From positions 55,738,001 to 55,802,000 of the forward strand of contig OZ024740.1 of NCBI GenBank assembly GCA_964016885.1: a stretch of DNA of 64,000 nt, written 5' to 3'. The stretch is from Eledone cirrhosa (lineage: Eukaryota). Positions 15,005 to 29,325 of the stretch are shown piece after piece (the first letter of the stretch is position 1; each line of letters begins with the position of its first letter). The position numbers and the translations under genes are program-made. Below the pieces are notes generated by a model, which ran no database searches, was not told the origin of the DNA, and saw only the letters and a list, made by a program, of their open reading frames with translations.

Positions 15005-17919
15005 CCGAAAATGATCCACAAGCCAGTAGAATGAACGCAAGATCAGAGGAAACAGAGATATATATGTCATTCATCAGCTGTTTTTCGAAGTCAGTTTCGG
15101 ATATTTTAAAACCATACTTTTCCCATACGGCCACTGTTTATGAATATAGCTACTGAGGATATATGCTGGGGAAACAGCGTTCAAGTGGATATTGAGGCAA
15201 GCAAAATACGTTAAACATGTCCTATTAAACCATTCAACCATCATATTATAAAGCTGTGGTTAAATAATATAATTACCGAATAAATATCAATTAAACAACT
15301 AAATAAGAGTAACATGCTTGTACAGTTACAAGGCGCAATGTAAACTGGATTTACTTCCGAGAGACATTTTAACTATGTAATTGTGAGGGAAGAAAGATAA
15401 CAAATATAGGCAGTAATGTAAAGTAGGATGTAAAGGCGTTATAGACAAGCCACGAAGCAGAGTGGACTATAGGCAATGAAGATGGATAATAATCTATTTA
15501 GTGTTTCGCAACGCAAAACTAATGTTAAGGCCTGGCACGAGTTAATGGGGAAATGATTTTTGATGGAGGTTGTGGCCTTATCGCTCATAGGTTAGTGGAC
15601 ATGCACAGTCTTGTGGAGACCTTTGGTGTAGCAGTCACAAAGAACATCTGGAAGACTAAATTTCCCTACCAGATCAGATCTGCCTTGAGCCAAGTGACAC
15701 AAATTGAATTCATCCTAATCGCACGCAGGCGTTAATGAAGGAAATCTTTTACGTATCTGCTCAGGAAAATCAATAATGGTGGTAGGCTCAGGAAAAACGA
15801 TCATAGCAGGAGCCAGGTCAGCATGGCATTTAGAATGTTGAGCCAATTACTGTGGAATAGCAAGCACGTTAATATCAATGTGATAAGTAAAATGTATCTA
15901 GCAATAAACTGTATTTATTTTTAGAAATAATATTATCCACCTAATATACAGATGGGAGCCATGGGAATCGTACAGCAAAAAACGACTGCATGCAGTCATC
16001 ATGAGACTCTCTTACGACTAAACAAATAATAAATATCATTTTGGAACCCAAGGCCAAGGACTGTCTTCCAAGAGAAATCATAACTTCCCAGCAAATGGAG
16101 AAAACGTGATGTTGACTGGCGTAAAATAATGTATTGTAAACACCGACATAAATACAAGAATTGGTTTAAGTACAACCTTGCCAGTTTTGATATTAATACA
16201 CAAAGCTGTACATAGCAGTACATTTATTTCTGATACTATGGCTCAAGACTTTACATATCGACGGGCAAGCTATAGGAATGATGATCAAGAATTCTATTCA
16301 GAAGAGAGGCTGTTTTAAATGTGATAGAATGATAGAAGAGGCAAAGTGTTGAAAACGTATGTTTGTGAATAAGATATTACTCCGAGAAATCTTCTTTTAT
16401 ATATGAACTAGGATGACTCTATGTGCAATAGCAACACCTTCTCATTCGTAACAGTAGTTTTAAATATTTCAACATGGTCTTACATAATCCGTCCACAAAG
16501 GGATACAGGTTTAAGTATTTCTTGGTCACACAAAGGAATATAAGACTTTGTAAATCGTTAATAGCAATTTCGCATTATATAAGTATACCTTGTATAGTTA
16601 TATAAAGTAATTATACAATAGAGATTAGCTTTGGTTTCTTTTATATCCGTAAGGCTTTAGTCATCGTCAAATATAATCTGCTATGTAATATACTCAAAAA
16701 GGTCTGGCGTACACCACATGTTCCTCACATGTTGCGGATCGTTCATGATAGGGTTCTCTGGTGGGGCTGATTCGTCTCTACACTTTGAGACTGGTGAAGG
16801 GGATAAACAAGTATATAGCTCTGGGATACGTGACTGATATTCCTTATACGGAAGTCATTTTAATCTCTATATGTTTCCGCCCACGCTAAATCTACGACCA
16901 AGGTTATTTGTGACCTGCAGTTTGCAGACACCACTGTTGGTAAGTCCCTCTGTTTATACAGCCGACAAAGATAAGCTAAGTCCCTAATGTCGTCCCTATG
17001 GCGGATGGGCATCTATTTGACTCTCACAGAAGACCTATTACTCTGCAGTAATCTGAATTTTAGCATGTGCTTGACCTTACATTCTTGAACCGTAAATGTC
17101 GTTCATATACGAAGGTCAGTGCTTGCCAAACTGTTCTATTTCAACACTGCTCCAAGCATGCATATTCTACAGAAAGCATTAATATGTTTTGCTTTGCATT
17201 ATGTATTGCAAGATATAATTAATGTTGTTTCTGTAATATGATCATGCCCAGGTATATGATTTTTTCACATCTAACTTCCATTGACTCTTTTTACGGAACA
17301 ACGAAATTGTGATGTTTTCATTTTTGCTTGTTTTTATATACTGCTCCCTTAATGTGTTTGAACTGCAGTATTAGAATGAGTAGATGAGCTATTTCTAGCT
17401 TTCCCATCACCGGCTTCGCTATCCAGTTGATACCAAATAGCACAGTTTCCACGTTTATTCTAGCGAAATTGTTATATATCCTCACTGAATTCATAATAGA
17501 TAACTTATGTTTTGTAGTACTAAAAAGACATACCTGCCGAGGAGAATTCTGAGTCTTTTTATTTGCTAATTTAACTTATTTATTTCTACTCGTCATATAT
17601 ATATAAAAAAGATATATTTACTCGTTTCAGTAATTGGACAGTAGACATGCAAGGGCACTGATATTTGGCATGCTTTTTATTTTACAAATTTCGGAGAGGG
17701 GAGACGGAAAGTAAACTCCGGTATGATTTGAATCACCTTTTAAAGAGCATAACCAATTAACATAATCTATATTTGTTGGAGGTTGTAAAGTGTCTGCTAC
17801 TCACGCACCCCACACATATTCAGGAACAATTGTATATATATACACGTACACACACAGGCGCACACACAAACACGCGCACAAACACGCACACGCTTACACA
17901 CATATATATATATATATGC

Positions 17920-17969
<50 letters not shown>

Positions 17970-19238
17970 GTTTGTGTGTATGTTTGTGTATGGATGCACG
18001 TGTATGGGTGTGTGTATGTATGTGTGTGTATATGTGTGTACTGTTGTGTATATGTAGGCGAAGATGTAGATATTCTCAGCCGAGGCTAGCAGTTATACAT
18101 CTTAAAAGCTTACACGCACTATATATAATTATTTATTTCTTGTTTAGTCAAATGATTAAATGATCACAGTACACTAAAGGATTTTCATATATACATGTAA
18201 ATTATATATCGTCATTCGTCTTTTAAAATAAATCAAAAATACAAACGCCAAGAAATAATGACGAACACATAGCATGAGGAATCCAAATTATTTGTTATTT
18301 CTTATTTATCAGGTGTATAAATACTTGCATAGACGTGTGTATGATGAAAGAGAGATGGAAGGTAGGAAGGAAAGAAGGAAGGAAAGAAGGAAGGAAGGAA
18401 GGAAGGAGATAATCAATCTCTTCTCTTTTTAAATGGAGAATCTTCGAAGGTGAAGAGAAAGTCGATAAAGCAATTTCATCTTCTATATAGCTTGATGCAT
18501 GTTCACCAAGAAAGAATGAAATAGAGGTTCGCCAATTTCTAACATTCACACATGCTGATGGAGTTAGGAAAGTAAGTGAAATCACACACACACACATAGA
18601 AGATATATATACATATATGTGTGTGTGAGTCTCTGTGTGTGTATATATACACCTATACATAATACTCAAACATGTACACACGTACACATATACGCGCGCA
18701 CACACACAAACATATATATATATGCATACCTATATATTGGCTTGGTAGTAATGGCTTCGTGCACCGAGACATACACACAGAGTTTACGATTAACCCCTAG
18801 TGCATTTCGCGTGATTAAGTGGAAAGAATCATACCAAGATCTTATTTCCTTTCGCAGTTTTGATATAAAATTCACTGGTTGAGTCGGCGTTACATACAAA
18901 ATCAATTGCGAATATATCAGCAAGTTAACGGTGAATGGAAGGATGAGAATTTAATCTGTTGATGACGATAACAACAATGATGATAAAGATGAATGTAATG
19001 ATGATGATATTGATATAATAATAATAATAATGATCTTGCTTATAATGATAACATTGTTAATGCCTCCTTCCTCTCTTTCCTCTTCTCAAATCCTTCATTT
19101 CACCACCTTTTTCTGTTTGTTTCCTCTTTTTCAATGTCTTTCTTCGGTTTATTTTTAACTTTACTTTTTACGATGTACATTAAAGAGTCGTGTTCCGGTG
19201 GTTAGTGGAATTTCTCACGACGTTTCAAAAGATTACTG

Positions 19239-19329
<91 letters not shown>

Positions 19330-19744
19330 TGTAAATAGACCCTTTTGTAGAGCCGACCATGTTATTATTCTTCATACTTTTAAAAAAATATATATATATA
19401 TATATATAAATGGGGTGGGGGGGGGGGGGGTCTTTATATATAATCTTTCTCATTCCTCTCTTTCTATTCATCTCTCTCACTCTCACTCCCTAATACATAT
19501 ACACAGACAGACAAATAGATAAGAACACTTATATGCACCCTTTAAACCCTCACCACTTTTCTTGAATTCCGGATTTCATACACTACCTCCATAACTTCCA
19601 ATTCTACAGACCAAACCAGGAACACTTTCACTTGTAAGACAACGTGACCGTGTGCACTTGCGTGTGTGTATGTGTATGTGCCACTTTTTGTGTTTGTTTG
19701 TATGAATGTGTTCATTTGTGTATCAACATACTGGAATGTAAATG

Positions 19745-19865
19745 TGGTAGCTTGGCGGAATTGGTAAAGTATAGGATAAAATGTCATTGCGGTATTTATT
19801 CGGAGCTTTCCATTCTGAGTTTACATTCCAGCAAGGTCAATTTCGGTTTTTATCCTAACGGTTCG
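19745..19865 (+). mobile_element. Degenerate SINE head
   Basis: ttggcggaattggtaaag ... ctgagtttacattcc ... aggtcaatttcggtttttatcct resembles the SINE 5' region. Confidence 0.5.
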
Positions 19866-20146
19866 CTAAAATTTAATCGTTTGTCCTTTCTCCAAAATTA
19901 GCTGCACTTTACTTAAATTTTGAAATCAGCATACAGAATATATAGACGTGAACCTAAACCTGAAGTGAACCTACAGCAACTACACGTTACACTCCCAGTA
20001 TATATATATGTATATATATAATTACTAAGTAGCGATGCGCTCACGCACAGATGCATACTGACACATACACCACTTACGTGTATGTATACCTTCACTCATT
20101 CAAACATACACATGCACATATATACATATATATATATATATATATC

Positions 20147-21537
20147 TTATTCTTAGTCTTGTTTCCGCCAGTCCCTTGTGGAACATTGGGCGACGAGCTT
20201 CCTCCACTTGATCCTGTCACTGGCGGCCCTTCTAGCACCTCTCCAGGTAATTCCCATCTCCCGCAAGTCCTCCCTGAATGTGCTCCGCCATGTTCTTCGT
20301 GGTCTTCCCCGTTTTCTCCTGCCACCTTCTGGTACACAATCCATGGCAATATGAGCAGGTCGATCTGCCGTCAAACGAAAGATGTGACCCGCGAACTGCC
20401 GTCTCCTTTTCCGGACAATGTCCCTTAACCTCTCCAATCCTGACCTCCTCATCACTTCCTCGTTGCTAACTTGGTCTCTCCATGAAATTTTCAATATGGT
20501 CCGAATGCAACGATGGTGGAATACATCAAGCTTGTTACATACACTTTCCGTACTCTTTCATGTCTCACACGCATATATCGCTGTTGGTACTACAATGGAC
20601 ATGTAAACACGGAATTTGACGGCGTTGCCGATGGAACACCCGGACCATACCGGACGGAGTCGCTGGAAGACTGCCGCTGCTTTTCCCAGCCTTGTGCGCA
20701 CATCCACCTCAGCATTCCCATCGTCAGAGATGTTGCTGCCAAGGTATTGGAAGTGCTTTACACAGTCAATGTTACGCTGACCAACCTTGATGGGAGAATT
20801 TGGAGGGTCACCTGTCGACATGGTCTTGGTTTTTTCACAACTGATGCGCAGGCCAACTTTCTCTGCATCGTCATTTAGAACGTTTGTCATCTCTTGCAGG
20901 TCTTCTCGGGAAATTCCAGGTCGCTTAATCTCTTCCATCCCAACTGATGCCAAAACGAGGGTAACTCATTGTCTTCTTCATGATGAAATCGATGACAATG
21001 AGGAAAAGGAAAGGCGAAAGGATGCAGCCTTGTCGAACACCCGTCAAGATGTCAAACATTTGCGTGTTTCCGTCCTTTGTCCTAACGCAGCACCTGGAAT
21101 GTCGGTACAGCGACCTGAAGATGTTAATATATTTCTCTGGGACACCGTAGAGTCTTACAATCCTCCACAATGACTCCCGATGAACACTGTCGAAAGCTTT
21201 CCTGAAGTCAATGTAGTTGACAACAAGGGACTTGTGGAACTCCCGACATTGTTCAATGATATTTCGGAGAGTGAAGATCTTGTTCTGAACAAGACCTTCC
21301 ACTGCGGAAGACAGCCTGTTCATCTCGAAGATGACGATCTACTTCTGCTCTCAGCCGGTTCAGGATAACTGTGCAGAATACCTTCCCTGGCACTGATAGC
21401 AACGTGATCCCTCTCCAGTTGTTGCAGTCGCTGAGACACCCCTTCTTCGGTAGTGGTACAAGCAATCCATTACCCCAGTCCTCCGGCACCTCTTCTTCTT
21501 GCCAAATCACATTGCATAAATGGGTGAGCTGCTCCTC

Positions 21538-21538
<1 letters not shown>
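20147..21538 (-). mobile_element. 5'-truncated, frameshifted RTE-clade LINE
   Basis: Overlapping minus ORFs give LVPLPKKG-CNNWRGITLLS, IDFRKAFDSV, GVRQGCILSPFLF, FQYLGS, AIYACET and RKRGRPRRTW; both ends in (TA)n. Confidence 0.93.
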
Positions 21539-22012
<474 letters not shown>

Positions 22013-22139
22013 TTTTGACCAATCCTCTTGACAACTACAATCTTCCCATATAAGGAAGTACCCCTTGAAAAGTTCGGCTATTTATTTACCAGACTAAAAT
22101 TACTCTTACCGTCGGGATCATACTTTCTCCTATATATAT

Positions 22140-22458
22140 ATAAGTAGAAGGTGTATTTAATTTGTTGGAAGTCCGACAAATATAAATTTTTATAACTGAT
22201 TTAGAGCACTCAACAAGTTAATGGAGTAAATATTCAATGATATTAAAGAAATGGAAACTATATTTATAAAACCATATTTATTTTATTATATATATTTCTA
22301 GGGTACCAAGACAACATTGGTACGCTTTCATATATATAAATATAGTTTCCATTTATTTAATATCATTGAATATTTACTTGTTGAGTGCTCTAAATCAGTT
22401 ATAAACATTTATATTTGTCGGACTTGCAACAAATTAAATACACCTTCTACTTATATAT
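22140..22458. repeat. ~125-bp inverted repeat element in (TA)n
   Basis: 22140-22268 is the imperfect reverse complement of 22333-22458. Confidence 0.8.
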
Positions 22459-22726
22459 AATATATATATATATTTATTAAAATAACAGATTAAAGTTTAA
22501 GGAAAGAATCGCTGCTTTCACCCTTAACGGGATCTTCTGCATATGTAGTATGTGTAGAAGTAAACACAGTAAACCCGTGTCTAAAATTACTAGGGTAGAT
22601 TACACCACAAATGTTATATATTTATATATCATTCACTCTGAATCATATGGGAAGTTACAAGATTTCTTACACATATTACACATATTAATCATATGGGAAG
22701 TTACACGATTTCTACACATTAATATT

Positions 22727-22908
22727 ATAATTGTTTCTACGTTAGGCACAAGGCCAGCAATTACCCAGTGCATTACTGGTACTTTATTTTATCGACCCCG
22801 TAAGGATGAAAGGCAAAGTTAACCTTGGCGGGATTTGAACTCAGAATGGCAAGGGCCGTAACTCTATACGTCAAAGCATGGCGTCCGACCCTCTACCGAT
22901 ACTGCCGA
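22727..22908 (-). mobile_element. tRNA-derived SINE
   Basis: Same family as 9977-10165. Confidence 0.85.
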
Positions 22909-23134
22909 TTATGCTCAGTATTTATACTTTGAGCTTGTTAATTGCAGGGTATCTATATGAGTTAATAACTATATTTTATATGTATTTCGGCTCCTTATCT
23001 GTTGAGCTTATAAAAATGAGTGTAAATAGGCTATTATTTCTAGCATAACTACTCGCACCGCATATGACTTTCAACGCACGAGGTGTAAAATTTAGTGAGT
23101 TTATTGTTATAGGTGTTATGTAACATTTAGTCTT

Positions 23135-23226
23135 ATCTCTCGCTGACGAAATGCCTACGGATTACTTGTTACAAACACGATTCATTCGGAGCGAAACAGA
23201 TTAAATCTTTAGTCTGTCCGGCAGAT
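23135..23226 (+). ncRNA. Type I hammerhead ribozyme
   Basis: atctctcg-CTGACGA-...-GAAA-cagattaaa/tttagtctg-TC-cggcagat: complete core, 9-bp stem III, stem I with one mismatch; stem II poorly paired. Confidence 0.65.
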
Positions 23227-23484
23227 GAAATGGTTATTGATATGGTATGTATGAGAAATCTTGTAAGAAATCTTGTAACTTGCCATATGATTTAGGTTGA
23301 ATGATATATAACATTTGTTGTGTAATCTACCCTAGTAATTTTAGACACGGGTTTACTGTGTTTACTTCTACACATATTAATATTATATTGCTCAGTATTT
23401 ATACTGTCAGCTTGTTAATTATAGGGTATCTATATGAGTTAATAACTCTATATTTTATTTGTATATCTATATATATATATATAT

Positions 23485-26125
23485 TATTTTCTCTACGGTT
23501 CTTATATATTTGATATATATTTATCCTTATCGAGCCCTCTTTGGATTTTAGTCTTCAAATTTATTATTATTACTATTTGGCTCCCTCGGTTGAGCACTCT
23601 ATTGACTTATATTCATCATGCAGAAACGACATCTGAATATTTCTACAAAGAACATACCTGTACCAAGCAGGAAAACATACCTAAAACTCCTGATACAGAA
23701 AACAGACGCGTTCATTAAAATGTAGGTTTAGCGTGCCTTTTATTTCGATAATCAGGGAAAAGCAGACAGCAACAGGATAAATTTGGGTTTAAAACCTATA
23801 ATAACCCTCCGAGTAACCCAGCATTGCTACCCTTCGAAAATGATGTCTTGGAACTCATACGGAGTATCAAATTTCGGAATAGGAGCAATTCCTTCCAGCA
23901 GGACCTGAAGAATAGAATTCGTTCTATTAAGGATTCTAATGCCGTGCACGTCCACTCCGACAAAACTGGCAACCTATATCAATTGAATCCCAGTACTTAC
24001 CATCAACTGCTATATAATGCCGTAACTAAGGATTACCGTAAAACTAATCGGAGCGTCATTAATGAAATCAACGATGCTGGGTTTAAAATCATCTCTGATC
24101 ACAACATCCTGGACCGGACCGAACCTCTGGACCCTATTTCTTCCCACTTTACCTTGAAGGATCACAAATCCAATTTCTGGAACAACCCCTCTATTCGGCT
24201 TATTAACCCTACGAAGTCTGATTTAGGTAGACTTAGTAAAAGGATTTTAGATAGAATTATACCTGAAATTAGAAGTGTGGCCCCTCTTGCCCTGTAAATC
24301 AATTCTTTCGCGTGATTGATTGGTTCAACGGCATATGCAACAAGGAAGATTGCCGTTTTCTCTAATTCGACATTAATAATGACTACTCCTCCATCACTTT
24401 ACCACTTCTGCTTAGAGCTATCAATTTCGCTAAAACACTCACAGTGGTTAAGGATTTCAAAGTTGATGTCATCCTCAATGCCCGTAACTCGGTGATTTAT
24501 TTCGATGACTCTATTTGGATTAAAAAATCCAATAGTACCCCATTCGACGTGAGTATTGGCGCCAGCGATTCTGCGGAGGTTACTGATTTTATCGGCCTTT
24601 TTCTTCTTTTCCCTATCAAGGAAGAATTTCCCAACGTGGGCGGTGGTTTGTACCGTGATGATGGTCTTTTGACCATGACAAATTGCTGCCCACGTGCTTG
24701 CGACAGGTTCAGAAAAGAACTCACAGCCTTCTTTAAAGGCTTCAACCTCTCCATACAGGTTGAGGCCAACCTCTCGGTCGTTAATTACCTCGACGTTACA
24801 CTCAATTTGTCGAATGGCTTGCACTACCCGTATAGAAAGCCGAATGATACGCTTAATTACATAAGTAAGCATTCTAACCATCCTGCCAGCATAACCAAGA
24901 ACCTGGTAAGAAACGTTTCTTTGAGGCTTTCCCGTCTATCTACAAACGAGCATATTTTCAACGACCATTCCACATATTACAATGAAACTCTTGCTCGGAG
25001 TGGATTTGTCGATAAGGTAGCATATACAGAGTACGAGAATAGACCTAGAAAAAATAGATCCCGACGCATTATATGGTATAATCCACCATATAATATGGAG
25101 GTGGCCACACCATTAGCTAAGATCTTTTTCTCCCTTATTATGAAGCATTTCCCCCAGCACATAAATATAGTAAACCTTTTAATAGAAATACCATTAAAAT
25201 GTCTTACTCTACGACTCCTAACCTTGCACATAACATCACAGCTTCAAATTTAGCTAAATTACCTAGCCGTATGAACACGTGCAACCCTGTAGCTAGTACT
25301 AACTGTAATTGTAGGAATCAGGTTGACTGCCCTCTATCCGGGAAATTCTTCTCTTGTAACATTATCTACAAATGTAAGGTTGAAACACCCACGTCCCGCA
25401 GGGCCTACACAGGGTTAACCGCCAATAGATTCAAGCAGCGTCTTTACATGCATACACATTCTTTTCTTAACCCTTTAAGAAGGAATATGACGTCACTTTC
25501 AGCTTATATCTGGAGTCTAAAAGACAACCACACCCAATATAAGTTACACTGGGAGATCCTAGCTAGGGCTAGATCGTATAACGGAAATAAAAGACAATGT
25601 GACCTCTGTGCCGCTGAGGCCCTGGAACTACTCTACGCCAAATACCACATCTTAAACAAAAAATCTGAGGCAATTTCGGCTTGTAAACATAAATTGCACA
25701 AAACTTTCCTGTATTACAGCCCCACAGTATACCCTAACGGATAGTACGAACTATAAGCGAATATTTTACGTCTTTATGTGGTAGCTAAGTATATGTTATG
25801 TGTATACCATTACTTATTTGTATAGGTAAGTATATATTACCTGTATGGTTTGTGAAGGTACGTATACTTTCTCGTACGTATATTTGCTTGTATATGTTAT
25901 GGAGTATATATTATATATTCTGGTACATGTGCATTTGGTTATGTGTATACGGGAGTTTTGCGTCTGTGTGAGTATGCAAGTTCGTACGTATGTCGGGTGT
26001 GTGTATATGTGTACTTTCTGTTTTGGGGACGTACGTCTACGTACATATGTGTATTTACATGTAGGTATGTGTGTGCGCGCGTTATATACGTATTTATTTA
26101 TTTATATGCGTTTATTTAATTATGT

Positions 26126-26196
<71 letters not shown>

Positions 26197-26204
26197 TACA
26201 CACA

Positions 26205-26242
<38 letters not shown>

Positions 26243-26767
26243 ATATATTTGTATGTGTATTTGGTGTATACCTTCGTATGTGTGCGGGTACAGGCATTGC
26301 GTGGGTTCTGTATGTGCGTGCGGATTTTTTTGTATACGTGCTTGTATTTGTATACCCATGGTGAGTGTTTTGCGAATGCTTGTGTTTGTACGTATATAGA
26401 CGTGTGTATGTATAAATTTAATTTCAATTACCTCTGTATTTTATTTACTTTATTCTTAACTCTGAAGCCGAGGATCATTCGGTTTCCTAGATAGAATATT
26501 AGTCTACGACTTCATTTATACCATAAACGTGGTTTTCTCTTTGCGTGTAATTGTTTCCTCGCTCCAAATAATAACGTATTATCTTCGTTTTATTTCGTTG
26601 TTTGCCAGGGAACGTTTTCACGAACTAAAGTATCGTCTTCCTGTTTTCCTTCGGTTGCGACGTTTTTTAAAATAATTACTTCTGCGTTCACAGAGCGACT
26701 TTTTTTGTTTCAGAAGATCCCGTTAAGGGTGAAAGCAGCGATTTTTTGCTTAAACTTTAATCTGTTA

Positions 26768-26775
<8 letters not shown>
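23485..26775 (+). mobile_element. Full-length degraded Penelope-like element, Naiad-type
   Basis: 5'UTR, broken RT+GIY-YIG ORF and long 3' pseudo-LTR with variant HHR; (TA)n on both sides. Confidence 0.92.
23618..25744 (+). pseudogene. PLE reverse transcriptase / GIY-YIG endonuclease, disrupted by stops and frameshifts
   Basis: STKNIPVP, SDKTGNLY, TLKDHK-RLINPTKSDLG, GLYRDDGL, YLDVTLNL, PYRKPN, WYNPPY, CNC-CPLSG, IIY...AYTG, CDLC, CKH motifs across ORFs 23824..24297, 24444..25253 and 25199..25744. Confidence 0.92.
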
Positions 26776-26807
<32 letters not shown>

Positions 26808-26813
<6 letters not shown>

Positions 26814-27035
26814 CAACATATTGAAAAGGTTACACACTAGAGAGAGATACAGTGCGCTATCACTAAAACAGGTATCGAATCTTTATTTACGCTTTAATTT
26901 ATATTTTTAATTATCGTGTCTATACTCTGCCTTTCATAGGTTTATAGATTCCATACACTGGTGGTTTTCCCTGTTCTATTGATAGCGCACTGTATTTCTC
27001 TCTAGTGTGTTACCTTTTCAACATATTGTATTTTA
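26808..27035. repeat. ~55-bp terminal inverted repeat element
   Basis: aaaatacaacatattgaaaagg...gtgcgctatca versus tgatagcgcac...ccttttcaacatattgtatttt. Confidence 0.7.
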
Positions 27036-27111
27036 AAGAGCTCGGGATTTCCTCTCCTTTGAGCACATTATTTACAGGGAACGGCGAGAGTCTGTGGCTC
27101 CGTTAATGTAT

Positions 27112-27169
<58 letters not shown>

Positions 27170-27171
<2 letters not shown>

Positions 27172-27525
27172 CTTTGATATAACTTTGATAGGTATCGGCC
27201 AGTATTGGCCCAGGCCATGTCTAACTTAATAGCACCACCTGGCGAAGTCTTACAAATAAGTGTTTGGGCACCATGGCCCACTCGAGCAGAGAGTTATTGT
27301 TTACGGAGGCATATCCGGGTGTAGGAGCCTCTCCGGGATTTCTTGAAGGAATTTACCCAAAGACTTCTTGAACTTGATGGGGTCTGTGTCTACTTTGACG
27401 TGTTTTGGTGTAATGTTAAAGAGTGCAGGGCCAATTGAGGTGAAATAATTGTGCCGTATTGTTATGTGATGCGAGTGGGATTTTTGTTGCGGGCGGATAG
27501 CACGGGGCCCAAGCCTTGGGTGTAC
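27170..27525 (-). mobile_element. CR1-like LINE 3' fragment
   Basis: Minus strand reads HPRLGPRA...FTSIGPALFNITP...FKKSLGKFLQEIP, resembling the C-terminus of the ORF at 54070-55342. Confidence 0.65.
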
Positions 27526-27577
27526 AATCCTTATCGAGCACTCTTTGGATTTTAGTCTTCAAATTTATTATTATTAC

Positions 27578-27646
<69 letters not shown>

Positions 27647-28019
27647 TGCCGAGTTTATATATTACAAATAAAACAACGGCTGTAGATGCCCATTTATATA
27701 AAAATTATTTCCGCCGTAAAAATCCTGAGTTGGCTCATTGTAAACCCCATCCTTGGGGATGTCTTTGTGGCTAGCCACAGTCATATTTACATTGAATTGT
27801 GGCATCTTCTGGAAACAGGTTTTGGAAGATGTCTTATGTTTCCTGGCTTATGCGCTGAAAACAATCGAGGAAGATGCTATATATTCATTGGGCTCTAGCA
27901 CATTTTAAAATATGTAGTATGAATAACCCGGTCATCCTCCTTGCTCACACAGAAAATTCAGTGGATTTGTAGTTCACCACCTGGAGAAGCGAATATATGC
28001 TGTTCATCAGCATCATTGG

Positions 28020-28720
28020 ACGCTGGACGGACGGACATGTAAATTTGCCCGGAGTCTAATTTAAGCCAGACCTCCAAGTGGGTAAGAACTGGAAGATGTT
28101 AACAAGCAGGGTGGTCACTCTCACCTGGAAATAGGCTGAGGGAAAGCTATCCCCGAAATGTCGGGCTGAGGTGGCGAACGCGTACATCGCGTCCGTCATC
28201 ATTTAAGGCCTGACCATCGTGCTTTGGCTCAGTTGACGCCTTGACAAATTGGACGTCTGCTTTTTAAATTCTTGTGGAAGGGACAGATTCCAATGGTTAT
28301 GTGGTTCATCTGCTTCCAGTACCCTCTACGTGGAGGGCTTGGCAGGCCGCGGCTGATGATGCGCAAACATGCAGTGAGGCTGCACCATCTTCAGATATTT
28401 CTCAACCGTGGATAGACTTGGTCTCCGTTTGTGAGCTAGATCCATCCGCAGCTCATCTGTTTGACTAAGTTACAGTCGGGCATCAAGCGATGATCGAGAA
28501 GTGGTGCCTCTACCAGACGGGAAATGCGGTTAGGGGAAATTCCACTCGAAAGTTTTATTGAGAACTATTGGTGGATAAAGCGACGAATTTCCCAGAAAAG
28601 ATCTGCGCTTCAAAGAAATCGAACTGAACAGTTTTTTTCCGGAGAATCTTCGATTCGGGGGCTAAGAACAACCTCTAGAAATCCCTGATTTAGTAGAGCT
28701 AATGGGGACACTGCCGTTTC
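28020..28720 (+). mobile_element. Degenerate Tx1/L1-like LINE fragment
   Basis: GC-richer segment resembling the reverse complement of 59800-60420 (e.g. cgcgtccgtcatc, tgtggaagggacag). Confidence 0.55.
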
Positions 28721-29205
28721 GAGATGAATATTTACTGTTATCTTCGCTATTTACTCAATTTTCTCTTCTAAATCCCCACTGTCCTTATTTTTTTCATTGT
28801 CCCCAATATTTCGGCCCTTGTGCCTAAATCAGAAACCATTTATTATTATTATTATTATTTTATTATTATTGTTTCGTAAAAGTTAAAATGCAAAACAATG
28901 TTCGTTTTCTATATCTCCCCATCAAATTTGCACCGTACAAACAACTCTTTATCGACAACATATATACATAACATACATACATGCTTTCATATATGCCGAC
29001 ATACCAACACATATACATACATATATACACACGCATACCTAAAACACATATGCATACATAAAATTTACATCAAATACTACCTACGAACTTACATCTGTAT
29101 ATGCACAAACTACACAAACACACACAAACCACACCCACATTCACAAACCACACGTATATGAATATTTCCATACATGCACACATACATAGATGTATAAACA
29201 TAAAC

Positions 29206-29272
<67 letters not shown>

Positions 29273-29277
29273 CATCT

Positions 29278-29325
<48 letters not shown>

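Larger units (their letters stand above)
22545..23465. mobile_element. HHR-bearing non-autonomous element (~477-bp unit) with inverted segment, interrupted by a SINE
   Basis: Direct repeat 22913-22990 / 23390-23465; 22545-22670 inverted relative to 23263-23375; HHR at 23135-23226. Confidence 0.72.

Noticed and set aside
15400-17200. Gypsy integrase or helicase remnant
   Set aside because: Hints too degenerate to support a call.
23618-26775. Selenocysteine-recoded Naiad ORF / SECIS
   Set aside because: Conserved Cys positions use TGT/TGC, and the disruptions seen are TAA/TAG and frameshifts.
26955-26996. Degenerate HHR (ataca-CTGGTGG...GATA-gcgc-AC-tgtat)
   Set aside because: Too many core mismatches and no clear stem II.
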